This document shows positions 1-11,991 of a stretch of 64,000 nt of DNA, piece by piece. Below the pieces are notes generated by a model, which had not been told where the DNA came from, ran no database searches, and saw only the letters and a list, made by a program, of their open reading frames with translations. This DNA is from Hormiphora californensis. Lineage: Eukaryota; Animalia; Ctenophora. Numbering within the stretch: position 1 is the first letter of the stretch; every line of letters starts with the position of its first letter. Made by a program: the position numbers and the translations under genes. The DNA is taken from assembly GCA_020137815.1 (NCBI GenBank), contig CM035361.1:3286001-3350000 (forward strand). The letters run 5' to 3'.

Positions 1-512
1 CGAAAACTGTTTGGAGTCTTTGAGGTTTCGTGCCTTTCTGAGGAGCGCGAGGAGAGTCGCTCTCTTCTCCAGGGATACTAAGAGCGGTCTAGGGCGCTTC
101 TCATTTCTTTCGCCGATGCGTTTTATCGTAGTCACTTGAAAGCGTGCACGGGCAACGGAGCAAACACGCTTCTGGCATTAGACTTAAAAGCTCAAATTCA
201 AATTAAATTCAAATCGTGAAATTAAAACAACATCAGAAGCATTTTTCGAGTTCAAGTTCAAATCGGAAGTTAAAAGAAGAAGACAAAGAACCACTTTTCG
301 GAAGTGAAACCACTTTTCGGAAGTGAAACTTTTGAATTTTTTAAAAAAACTGGCTTTTTTAAATTTATTAATCAAAATATGCGCGGCGCCTTCACTTAAT
401 CGAATTTGCGCTGCCTTTTAAACGGTGCCCGCAAAAAATTCCAATAAACGATGCCAAAAACGGCGCGCATTCGTGGTTACCCTCGCCGCGTTGCTGGACG
501 AGTTCACGTCGG

Positions 513-650
513 ATTTTTTGAAGTTGTCACCCCCCTTTTCGTGCGCGGAATGTTTTTGCGCGTCACATCACATGTTAACGTGTGGTGTGCGCGTCAAAAT
601 TGATAAATTTCACATGCGCGGTCATTTTGGGGTGACAACTTCAAAAAATC
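513..650. repeat. 22-bp perfect inverted repeat (hairpin/MITE remnant)
   Basis: GATTTTTTGAAGTTGTCACCCC at 513-534 is the reverse complement of GGGGTGACAACTTCAAAAAATC at 629-650. The internal 552-600 segment also matches ~1405-1455 in inverted orientation. Confidence 0.6.
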
Positions 651-1495
651 ACGTTTGGCACGACCAAAAATTTAAACTTGAACTTTTTAGTTGGAATGCG
701 CTGCAGCCCCCTCATGCGCGCACCCCCGCAACGAGGGGACTGGAGGGAATGCCGCGCGCGCGTTTGGCCTGATCCCGGCTGGGTCGAAGATAACTTTGCG
801 GTCGAAAAAACGGCGGTGCTTATAACTTTGGCTCCTGAAGTCCGTTTGACTTGATTCTTTCACCAGTTGTTAGATCTGACGATTATCTACCTTGCTGTTT
901 TTGAGAGAAGTTAATTGGACTTAAGGAGGCTGAGCAATAGCCGTTGAAAGATGGGTTGTTTTCAAAAAGTGACGTCACAGATTCTTGCAGGGACACCTTT
1001 TTTAAAATTTCATTCAAATTTTGATTTTACCGCACTCGATTTTGCGGAGTTTGGTTCATATCTCCTGTTCCTGATAAGATAGAGACCTGAAACCGGTTGC
1101 ATTTGAAAGCTGTTATCTTCCTCTTTCCAACGCTACCAAAACGATTTCTGTACCTTATCTGGAACCGGAGATATGATTGATTATGTATTCCCCCCTAGCG
1201 CGGTATTCCCTCCAGGCCCCTTATATTATATTATAAGGGGCCTGCAACGTATGCCAAACTTTTTAGAAAACAGTTTTTGTCGCAAGTTTCTCTGACATGC
1301 GACACAGACTGAAGACCCCTCGTGTACCGACCTCTGTGGAACGACCACCGTAAAGTCCATTTTTATTCAACTGTTCACCCTCCAACTCGTGCGCGTACGA
1401 TATTTTAATTTACGCTGCGCGCGCTGCACGTTAACATGTGATAGACGCGCAAAACTTTCAACACTACTTTAAACAAATTAATTTGAGGAAGATGA

Positions 1496-2329
1496 ATGCT
1501 ATGTGACCGCCCCGAAGGGCAGATAAACACGAAATCCCTGACATCGATAGTCATGAAGAACACGGAGAAGATGATAAAGCTGAGCGATCAGTTGGCAAGC
1601 CTGAAGAATGAACTAGAGGGAAAAGGACTGCTAACCTATGTCGTAAAAGGTACTCACAAGCCCGCTTCCGACAACCCAACGCGTGGAGTCCTGTTAAAGC
1701 TCCTAAAAAAGGCATATAAACTGTCCGAAGAGCTAGTAAATGCCCAAACTGACGCGTTCTCCAATGCACCATCAACTGTAACTGGAGAAACTACAATCAC
1801 GTGCCGTAACAAGTCGTGTCCTAAGACGCTGGATGATGACAGAATGTGTGCCCTTATAAACCAGAACGAGGGTCTGGCTTGGTTCTGTCCTGCCTGTAAT
1901 AACAAGAACGATGAGCCATCCCCTCTAACACAGAGGATTCTTGAGGATAAACTGGCGACATTTGAGCAATCAATGCTAGGGAAGTTTGAGGAACAAATCG
2001 CAACTATTATAACATCAACCGTTTCTACCGAAGTTGCCAAACAAATAGAGCCAATTGCAGCCGCTGATGGACAAACAAATGTGCCCTATTCTGTGCCTTA
2101 TTCTGAAGCTCATTTGGGCAGTGCACGGCTAGTTATATCTGGAGAAGCTGACGATATCAACAGTGCTAATGATGTACTTGCCAAGATTCCCACCGAGTAT
2201 AAGAAGAACCAGAAAGACGGATCAGTACAGTATTGGTTCAAAACTGCTGACGAAATGAACAAGGCAGCAACAAAGGTTGCATCTGAAAATGTGAATGTTG
2301 GTGTGAAAAAGTTTGTACATGAGCCTACA
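1496..2329 (+). mobile_element. N-terminal part of LINE (L2/CR1-type) ORF1 with PHD-finger remnant and probable coiled coil
   Basis: Intronless 289-aa ORF with CRNKSC...WFCPAC (first and last Cys pairs of a PHD finger, middle missing), then a helical region. It abuts RT sequence on the opposite strand at ~2329. Confidence 0.65.
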
Positions 2330-4730
2330 GATGGCATGCTTTACAGTATCAAAAGCAGCGCTTAAATCAAGCAACAGTAGAATGACTTTTGTTTTGCTGT
2401 CCAAGAGAAGAAGATGTCATTGAAGATCTTTAGTGTCGCTGTTTCACACGAGTGGTACTTTCGGTAGGCTGATTGCTTAGTGGGTAAGAGCTTATTTGCC
2501 TCTAAGTATTCGACCAGCTGTACAGATACACATTTTTCAACAACTTTTGAAATAAAGCTAAGATTGCTTTCGGCCTATAACTGTTTAGCTCCTCAGAATC
2601 CAGGTCCTTACCCTTAAATGACGGTCGAATGATGGCTTCTTTGAAGACTGATGGAAATATACCCTTTGTGAGGCTGTCGTTGACAATCCGAGAAATGACA
2701 GGAGTGAGCTCAGGGAGTCCGTCGTTAACCATACTTGAAGGCATTGGATCCAAAGAACAATGCTTCTTGTTCATATCACGGATGATTCTGACCAGTTCCT
2801 CATCAGTCACTGGTCTAAATTGGAGAGCGTCGACGTGCAAATTTTTGGCGTAGGCTGTATTTTAGGAGTTGGGACATTTTCAGCTTCAATCACAGAGTAT
2901 ATTTTCGATACCTTGTTTTAAAGAACTCGTTAAACCTCGTCGTCAGTGGCATCGTTTCCTTTTTTGATGGCAGTGTTGAAGGTATTTTTTCTTTTCCAAG
3001 TAAGCTGTTAACTACTCTATGGGTAGACTCGGATCACCTTTCACTCGATCGAGTTTCTTACTGACGAACTGGCTCGAGCGTTGTTGAGAACTTTGGATGC
3101 AAATTTGCAGGTACTTTTCCAACAGTGATATTTTGGAGCAAGCTTCTTTGGGTTTGTTTTCGTTAGACGAGCACGTTTCCAGCGTCGCTCAGCTCCTCTG
3201 CGTACTCGTCGTGCATTTTGACAAGCTGGTGTTCTGATCCATTGGGGCTGGTCTGGGTTCTTTATTTTCTTTTCTTCCTCGGGTGCAATTTCATCAGTTA
3301 TTGACTTTAGAGTGTGTTGTATAGACGAACACATTCTCCTTGGTCGGAAGGTAGCTTTCAGCAAGCTTGGAGCCTCGAATGAGTTCACGAAGATCCTCTG
3401 GTTCAACTCCTTTGAAATTTTTGCATTTCATCATTACCTCATCCTCCTTTCTTTTAAGCAGTATACCGGCCCTGCATTATATAAAAATGATCTGGAGCTG
3501 GGGGCACAGGATAGGATTCAATTCAGTTATTTCGATACCATCTGGCAAACTATCAAATAAAATTGGAATATGCTCTTCACTGGTTTCATCAGGTTTACCG
3601 CAGAACGGGGCACCAATGGGGTCAGATAGCGAAACAGTATTCTTGTCTTGGGTAAGGATAAGATCTAGTGTGCCTCCTTTGATGTGGGTCGGACCAGTTA
3701 CTTTATTTTTCCATCCGAACTGGTTCAGAAGTTCATTGAATTTTCGAGCTTGGGGGTCCTGGTTGTCCTCGACATGAATATTAAAGTCTCCGCATATTAG
3801 ACAGCGCTCTTTCCTCTCTGCTAATTTCAGAAACAGATCCTCTAGTATCTAGAAACGCTGTAAAATTGCCCGAAGTGCCAGGCCGGTACACGACAACTAT
3901 CCTGGTGTAGTAGGTTCTTTGAGGAGAACCTCAAGGCATTCAAACTGCTTAAACTTGTGACAATACTTACTTGTTTTCGTCCTCCTTTGGTAACTAAAGC
4001 TACACCACCTCCTCTACCTACACGTGGATGTGATACTATGTTGAAACCTGCTTCTTTGAAAGAGAGCACAGAGAGCACCATCGTTTTTCATCCATGTTTC
4101 AGTGAGTGCGAAAGTATCCAAGTCCATCTACAGCGAGTTCCAGGATGTCAATCGCTTTGTTCCTCAGTGAAAAGCAATTCAGGAGACCAAAATTCAGCCC
4201 ATCTGGATACAATTAGTTTTTTGACAGGTACTGGAGACGGATGGGACACTGTGGATCAGCTGCGTTATGAGTATGAGCAAATGAATGAATGGATGGGTGT
4301 CGTGATTTAGCACCATTCGAACATTTAAAGGCAGAATAATTTTTCTTGTTAGGGCATTCTCTGGCTACGTGTTTCTCTGAACAACGGAAACAGGTCGGGT
4401 CACTCGCTTTACACTCACTTGCATAATGTCCGAAGCCTTGACACTTGAAACACTGTTTTACATACACTCTCTCTTCTACAAAACAGTTGTAGTTACCAAC
4501 GTGAATAGAGCCACTGCTAAGAATCAGATCACCAATAGGTTTGCTGACCTTCAACCCAATAGTGGCTTCATTCTCATTTCGACTGTACCTCTGAAACGAC
4601 ACAACAGACATCTTCTCTCCTCTTTCCAACAACTCGGCAACTCTTGGGTTTAGCTCACAAATAGAATCTAATATCATTGTATCCGTCTCATCCCTGTCAG
4701 TAATATGCTTAGGAATAAAAGAAACATCAG
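2330..4730 (-). mobile_element. Degenerate LINE (L2/CR1-type): ORF1 C-terminal zinc knuckles, APE endonuclease and N-terminal reverse transcriptase, frameshifted and 3'-truncated
   Basis: 4213-4677 encodes CFKCQGFGH..C and CFRCSEKH..C gag-like knuckles. ~3600-4100 carries APE-like motifs (RGGGVA; GDFNIH at ~3774-3791; H..GGTLDL). 2502-2840 has LDPMP..SL..G.FP..FKEAII.P..K...NSYRP, and 2330-2404 has LLLLDLSAAFDTV. Confidence 0.9.
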
Positions 4731-4973
4731 CACCTCGAATAGCTAATTATTACGAGAACAATGTGAGAATAGGTCACAGGCCAACGATTTTCTATGGCAG
4801 GCACTCTGTGTGCTGTGTGGAGTTGGCAAAATAGATATTGATTATTAGGTAAAAGGGGATGTGTGAGTCGAAAAATTGGGTCATTTTCCTCCACGGTCAC
4901 ATCTCACCCGGTTCAAAAATTGATGTCATCTTCTTTTTAGTAACTTCCTACTACAGCCGCTTACTCCGTTTGT

Positions 4974-4974
<1 letters not shown>

Positions 4975-5013
<39 letters not shown>

Positions 5014-5095
5014 TCTCTACCTCTCTCTCTCTACTCTCTATCTCTACTCTCTTCCTCTCGCTCTCTCTACTCTCCTCTCTCTCTCTCTTCTTCCA
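4975..5095. repeat. (CT)n microsatellite
   Basis: Dinucleotide run. Similar CT/GA runs at ~6850-6980, 9390-9455, 25386-25456, 32418-32558, 37550-37800, 39225-39320, 52040-52125, 52641-52793, 60300-61130 and 62320-62620. Confidence 0.95.
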
Positions 5096-5568
5096 CTTTT
5101 TTGAAACAAGTGTAGGCCCCGTTCCCAGACAGGCCCCAGTTAACACCACCCCCTCGCATTCACGCTGACCAGTTAGAATTACGGGAAATTAATATTGGTA
5201 GGACAGCGGCAGAGACGACGGTAGCGTTTCGTGAAGAGAAAAGCAGAGATAGGTTTACATGTATAGGAAAAGGCAAGGAAAAAAGCTTTAAAGTGTCGGG
5301 AAATTTCTAGAAAAGTTAGTTACTATCGCTATTTAAACAAGACAGCGTGTGTTTATGCCACGTAGCACATGACGTAGTTCTGTAATTGTCCGGCTAGAAC
5401 CCCGTCTAGCATGGTTCGTAACCATTGGTTACCCTTTGGAGTTTAATAACTGGGAAAACCACTGCCTTGTTCGACCCATTTCAAAATTAAAAAGGCATTG
5501 TAACATAGACTAAAACCATGAGATATCTTACCCCAATGTCATTAACTAACCTCTGCTCCTAATTTCAG

Positions 5569-6869
5569 AACAACTTCGACTACTCCACTCGAGGGAGAGC
5601 GTTCACAGTGAGTGGGCCCTCGGAAGCTTCAGCAGAGAGAAAATACAGGAACATTATAAACTATTTTGAGACAAGTCTGGATGATATGGGTAGCTTGGAG
5701 TGGAGTCGGAACAGCCTACAGAGAAGGTATTAGCCCCCTTCGAAGAATGGAAAGGGGCGTTTGAACTTTGAGGGGGGCCTGCCCCCTCCCCCTCATACTC
5801 CCCTTTTCGGCCTCTTTTGAACACCACCAACCCACCACTAACACCCGCCTGAAATACGGGAAAATGAAGATTTATTTACGAGACTCTCCCCGATTCTTTG
5901 ATAAACACGTGTGACACATGTATAATCTGTGTTTCAGGGCCCCACCCTCAGTTCGTGCTAGTAGTGGAGATATTCGATCAGATCACGACAGTGCCACACA
6001 TCTTGTCAGAGCAATACCAGGTAATAATAGGAGATACACAGGAACCGGCCGAAACAAGTAAACAACCGTTATTTAGGTCACGTGACTGGTTATCAGCCAA
6101 TCAGGGACCAGTATTTCCTGATTCGGTCGGTTCCTAGAGATACATTTTTCAGAAATGTAATGGAGACATTGATTCTGGAACATTGCTTGTAATCATGGTA
6201 TTATTATTGATAAAGGACTGACCGATTCTTACACTTCGCCTAGTTAGACCCCCATAAAATGGATTTGAACAAAACAACCAACAATCGAGTCTCCCCTTGA
6301 GTTTATCTAACCGATTTTACTGTCTCCCAGGTCCGAAACCGCACAATCTTGGCGACAGGACCTCGAGTAAAGAGGTGTTTCATTGGGACAAGATCAGTGT
6401 AAGTTGTATACTCACATATAACCATCTAAAGCATTGAGCTGATTTACAAACTCTGACTGCTGATCAGGAACCGACCGAATCAGGAAATATTGGTCCCTGA
6501 TTGGCTGATAACCAGTCACGTGACCTAAACAACGAGTTCTGATTGGTTGTTTACTTGTTTCGGTCGGTTCCTGCTGCTGATTATCATTCTTCCTCATACA
6601 ACAAGCTCCAAGCCAATTCTTTTTAAATTTCTACAAACGCATAAAACAATATCTCTCTTTGCTTTGAATGGTTATCGTCCGAAATTTGGAGTTGAATTCC
6701 ATCTGTTTCCTTTCTCTCTCAACAATTCAGCATTCTATCTCATTCGATTTCCGTAAAAAGTTTTAAATTTCACAATATATATAAACACAGCCATTCACCA
6801 GTTTTCTCAAACTATCTAGTCTAATACATTGATGTGCACAAATTTATCTCTTTCTCCCTCTCTCTCGTC

Positions 6870-6963
<94 letters not shown>

Positions 6964-9416
6964 GTCTTCCTCTCTCTTTCTTTTTAGTGTTCATCTCACC
7001 TTCTCATAATAAAAACCTTCATAACTAATTGTCTTTAATACCAGACTCATAAAAATGTGATGAAGTTTCTTCCACAGGCGCCTCTATTCCTCATAAAGTG
7101 TAACTTTACTGTGTAAAACTATAGTTTCTTTTTTCAGCCTTCCTTTCCACTCTTAGCACTATCTTTTTCTGCTCTAACTTGGTCATAAAGTTACATAATT
7201 TCCCTTTTAAGACAGCCATATTTCTAGAAAATCGGTCATTTTTTGCTCTCTGAGATTGATCTGCATCCTGCAGCTGTCTACTCAATCATTGAGTCAACCA
7301 TCGTTTCGTGATTGTCCATCACCCTGAACTTAGTGTGTCAACAAAATATATTGATTTTGTGTAATTTCCCAATACTCTCTCATCTCTGCCAATTGTCTCT
7401 TTATCTATCTCTCTCTCTATCTCTCCCTATCTCTATTTTAGAACATGAAAACCTCCCAACAGGAATTGGATCCAAGAACTAAAACCCGGTTCACGGTCCA
7501 CCTCGTACCCACATCGGTTTGTCTCGTTGTCCGTTTTTTGTTGTGTCAGATCTGCCCATACAGGGTGGCCCAATAAGTTATTATAGATGACTCATTTTTT
7601 GGGTCACCCTGTATAGTTTGGGCAGAGCTCTGGCAAGGTGTTTTTGTCAGATGTGTGTGTGCGTGAGGATGTTATTAAGTGTGAAGTTGGTAGTGTGAAA
7701 CAATAATTTCATATATCTAGTTTTGAAAGATCATATAATTTTAGTCACAACACAGTCATTATCTTTCTATCTTAAATTGTCTTTCTCCTCTCTAACTCTG
7801 ACCATTCCCTCTTTTCTAATCACTTCAAAAAGTGTGTTCCTTTCTCCTCCCTTCGTCAGATTTTCAAACTTCTCTCTTCAATATAGTTCACACAACAAAC
7901 ACAGAGAGAACTCATTTTCACGTCAACAACAACAATATACAAATTGTTTCTTTACTCCTCTGCTCTAATTTCCATCTTCCTAAGTTTCCTAATCGTCTCA
8001 TCGAGTTTAATCCTGTTTGGCTCTGCAAACTTGTCCAACAGAATTGCTGAAATGAGATGGGGAGTGAGAAACAATATTATATGTGGGGACAGGTGGCAGA
8101 CTCGGGTTGAACTATAGAAATGAAAAGGGGGAGTGGTTGGTTTACTATTTTTGGGGCAGCTGCAGAGGTATCATCTAGTCTTGCGGGGGTAGGTGGTAGC
8201 TCCTAACCAGGAACCAACCGAATCAGGAAATACTGGTCCCTGATTGGCTGATAACCAGTCACGTGACCTAAATACCGAGCTCTGATTGGTTGTTTACTTG
8301 ATTCGGTCGGTTCCTGCTCCTAACTTACTCTTTTTGAAGAACTGGAAAGTTGGCATGCATCCAACCCTTCTGGCCTCTGCAATCTCTTCATTGTCATCTA
8401 CATCGACTTCGTAAAATATCACATCTGAGTGTATGTGGGACAATCTGAGGGGGGAGTTTGATGTTACTGACATTTTTCAGTAGTTCCCTGGTCCTTTTTG
8501 CGTATAATATTAGATCGATATAACCATACAACCCCCTTTCCCCTTTTCCACTTCAAAAGGGGCCCTTCTGCCTAAATCCCCCTTGGCCCTTTCCATTTAC
8601 CGATGTCACTCTCCCCCCACCACCCAATCCCGGCCCAGTCTCTCTCCCCCAATCCCATTCTCTCCCCCAATCCCATTCTCTCTCCCAAATCCCGCTCTCC
8701 GTTTACCTGTGTACATCTGGTTTGATCATCCTCCACGGGCCACACCACTTAGCACTGAATGTAACACACACCAAAGCATCCCTTGCTTCAACCAACTTCT
8801 CTTTGAACTCAGTCAGGGACTGTATCTCTTTTATCCGCCCTGGGAGATAGAGGTGGTGGGTTAGTAAATGGCCAAATGGGGGATGGAGGTGGGTTAGTAA
8901 ATGGCAAATTGGGAGATAGAGGTGGTGGGTTAGTAAAGATGTCCTGTATGTAGACTGTAGGTTACTAGGTTAGACACGGAGGGAGGGGAGATAGGGAGAA
9001 AAGTTGTTTGCGGAGACAGTTCAACGGATTGGTTATATCTAATTGAAAATGTGTACGTGATCCTGCGAAGTGCACCTTACGAAGGTCTGTGCTTATTTTG
9101 TAACCAAATCCTGACCACACAACTTAGAAAGTGGTTTGGGTAGGACTGAGTACTTCAATTATCCAACCTTAGGAACATAAATAAATCAAAGAACTTTTTC
9201 TGTGGTTTTTTCTAATTTTCTGTCTGTCTAATTCACTCTTCTCACTTTCTCTCTCCCTCTTCTCACTTTATCCCGCCTCTATCATCTATATCATACTCTC
9301 TATATCTGCTCGCTATCTCCCTCTCTATCTCTCTATCTCTCGCTATCTCAGACCCTCTATAATAGCTCTCTAGCCATCACTCGATATAGTCTATCTCTCT
9401 CTCTCTCTTCTCTCTC

Positions 9417-9459
<43 letters not shown>

Positions 9460-11991
9460 ACAAACGTTCATTCATGCAACCACGTGAGATAGAGTGTGTG
9501 TTGCTTGTGTAAGTCTTGTGGATATTTTGCTTCTCATATGACTGCATGAATTGTACTACTACCTAGTATCCGTGTAATGACTAATTTGTGAGATTATGTT
9601 TTAGCATGAGTGCAGTAAATGTTCTCTGTTTTTTTGCTGTTGCTAGATCTAAGTTTGAATTATTTTATCTATCTCGTACTAGAACTACACTAAATGCGAG
9701 CTGGAATTATACTTTGATTGTAACTGGCATGTCCTTCCTCAGGATGATTGTCAAGATCAGATGGAGAGACATCATTCACAATCACAAGGTGAGAAACAAT
9801 AAAATGGTCAACTCTTCCAAAACTACCTCCAAAACATCAAACCCGTTTCAAACTCCAATAAATACTATACATTTCACTCAGCTATTCCTGACATCACCCC
9901 CTCCTCCTCCAGACCCTATGATTCCTAACATTACCCCTCTCCTCCCCCAGACCCTATAATGATTCCTAACACACCTCCCCTCCTCCAGACCCTATGATTC
10001 CTAACACCCCTCTCCTCCTCCAGACCCTATGATTCCTAACACCCCTCCCCTCCCCCAGACCCTATGATTCCTAACATTACCCCTCTCCTCCCCCAGACCC
10101 TATAATGATTCCTAACACACCTCCCCTCCCCCAGACCCTATGATTCCTAACACCCCTCTCCTCCCCCAGACCCTATGATTCACTACAGCCCGCCCACACC
10201 AATCGACGATTCAAACTACGAACCGTCCTACTACGGAGCCACTCCCATGTCTAAAAAACCATCCGCCCCATCTCTAGATCAACTTGAAGTAAGTATAGCA
10301 CTTTTTGTCTTGTTCGACCCTCCCTCTCCGGGAGGATTTGAACAAAACAAAGCACTTTCATTTTGATATCTTAACATGTTCCACACATGTCAACTTTCTC
10401 TTTTTTCGAATACTCTACATTTTCCATATCGAATGTTTCAGAACCTCTAGATACCACAAATATCTCGAAGTCTGACCAAAGTGTTTATAACACCTCCCCC
10501 TCCCCTGCAGGAGACGACTAACCCCTATGCCCGGGCTGCCCTCCAGCTCTCTCGAACTGTAACCGCCCCAGGCAGGTTACAGGTTGATGATGGACCCCCA
10601 GCTGTCCCTGATGGACAGGGAGGGGATGAGGACCAGAAATTAGAACAGAAAACAGTTTCATTCTTTTTTGGGGATGAAAACAGTAATCCTAATAAGGGGA
10701 CAGACACACCTGTAAGTAACTGTGCCATCAATCGATGGGGGGGATCAATCGACACAACAAAATAATTTAGTTTGTATAGGTGATATCTGTACACTCAAAC
10801 TCACTCTCAGATACCTACAATTGTGTTTTTTCAGAAGTCAGCAGTTATCTACATAGAGGATTCTTATGATGAGATACATACAAACAAAGATACTTCGTAA
10901 GTGTCCTAGCATCTCTCTATTTTAAAGTGGGAACTGACAGACGACTGAAAAACGGACGACAAACCAAACTCAAAAAGTATGACAAACCGAACTGATGAAA
11001 TATGACAAAAACGACTGCCCTTCCAGCCCCCTCATCTGACACTTCAGAGAAATGCAGTAGACACTTTTATCCTCTCCCTATTACCCCTTGCTCCTTGTTA
11101 TCCCTCGTTATCTCCCCCGTTATCCTCTCACACTCCCCTTTATCCCCTCCCCGTTATCCCTGCACGTTATCTCCCCTCCCTATTCCCTGTTACCCCACTC
11201 ACCTTCAGGGAGACAGCAGACAGTGGATACGGGGATGAAACTAGTTTCCTGTTCACAGACTACAGAAAGAGATCCCCAAAGCAACAACAATCCATTGTGC
11301 CCATGGTGGCTCGGGGAGATACGGGGGGATACAGAAAACTCATGCCTCAGCCACAAAGACAGGTAGTGATCTATTTTTGTTTCAAATAAATGAAATGAAA
11401 TGGACCGGGGGTTGCCATTGCTTTTGAAATATCGGAAGATAATCACTTTATTCCCACCCATAACCTCCCCTACTGGCTGCTATCCCTCCCTCGTTATCCA
11501 TCGTTATCCTCCCTCCTCGTTATTCCCCCTTCCCGTTACCCCCTCCTTTTTATTCAGGATGAGCCAGAAAGTCAGGGAGGCACAGCAGATCTTTCCAAGG
11601 AAAAGTGGCAACTATGGCTGGCTATTATTTTCACCCTAGTGGACATTGCCCTTATCATAGCAGGATCTTGTTTATTAGCAGCGGACTTCTATTCTAATAT
11701 TATTCTAGGTTTCATTTTGTTAGGAATAGGTGAGTGAAACCTCTCTTTTTTAATCCTAATATTTCTTTCTCGACCAGGCCATATTATCATTATGTTTAAT
11801 TCAGCCCTTAGTATAAACAGAGCATCAGTTTGAGCCGAACATCTGACATCTTCTCCCCAATACCAAACCCAATCTGTCTCTTCTAACTGTCTATTACCCC
11901 CCCCCCCCACCCTCCAGGAATTGGTATGTTAGTACCGGGACTCAACTACATAGGAGGATTTCCCACGGTATGCACCCTATTAGGAAAGTGA
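5569..11991 (+). CDS. Multi-exon gene (5' incomplete): long low-complexity region and C-terminal two-helix membrane hairpin, weakly TMEM134/TMEM230-like
   Basis: 11 exons with AG/GT ends and consistent phases: 5569-5726, 5938-6020, 6331-6398, 7442-7516, 9743-9788, 10170-10288, 10511-10711, 10835-10896, 11209-11362, 11558-11729, 11918-11991 (TGA). C-terminus: WQLWLAIIFTLVDIALIIAGSCLLAADFYSNIILGFILLGIGIGMLVPGLNYIGGFPTVCTLLGK*. Start codon not located. Confidence 0.8.
6039..6136 (+). mobile_element. ~100-bp hAT-type MITE (CAGGAACCGACCGAA TIR family)
   Basis: TIRs CAGGAACCG.CCGAA / TTCGGTCGGTTCCT; 8-bp TSD GAGATACA on both sides. Confidence 0.9.
6465..6573 (-). mobile_element. hAT-type MITE, same family
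   Basis: Full TIRs; 8-bp TSD CTGCTGAT. Confidence 0.9.
7561..7611. mobile_element. Tiny Tc1/mariner-type MITE
   Basis: TA|CAGGGTGGCCCAA...TTGGGTCACCCTG|TA: TA duplication and CAGGGTG termini. Confidence 0.65.
7952..8839 (-). CDS. Thioredoxin-family protein with WCGPW active site, nested antisense in an intron (first exon not found)
   Basis: Exons 8839-8707, 8444-8329, 8046-7952 splice in phase to RIKEIQSLTEFKEKLVEARDALVCVTFSAKWCGPWRMIKPDVHRLSHIHSDVIFYEVDVDDNEEIAEARRVGCMPTFQFFKKTILLDKFAEPNRIKLDETIRKLRKMEIRAEE*. Trx motifs F.A.WCGP, VDVD and MPTFQFFK are present. Confidence 0.92.
8208..8316 (-). mobile_element. hAT-type MITE, same family, inside the thioredoxin intron
   Basis: Full TIRs; 8-bp TSD CTCCTAAC. 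Confidence 0.9.
9893..10181 (+). repeat. Minisatellite of eight 35-38-bp units spanning a splice acceptor
   Basis: Unit: CTAAC..CCCCTC(T)CCTCCCCCAG|ACCCTATGATTC. The last copy is the in-frame acceptor of exon 10170. Confidence 0.9.

Noticed and set aside
6039-6573. hAT MITEs acting as introners
   Set aside because: The copies lie inside larger introns and do not supply their splice sites.
7700-7950. SECIS element downstream of the thioredoxin
   Set aside because: No convincing AUGA/AA/GA stem by eye, and the codon is TGG rather than TGA.
11219-11236. DSGYGD as a beta-TrCP degron
   Set aside because: It lacks the second Ser of DSGxxS, and there is no conservation evidence.
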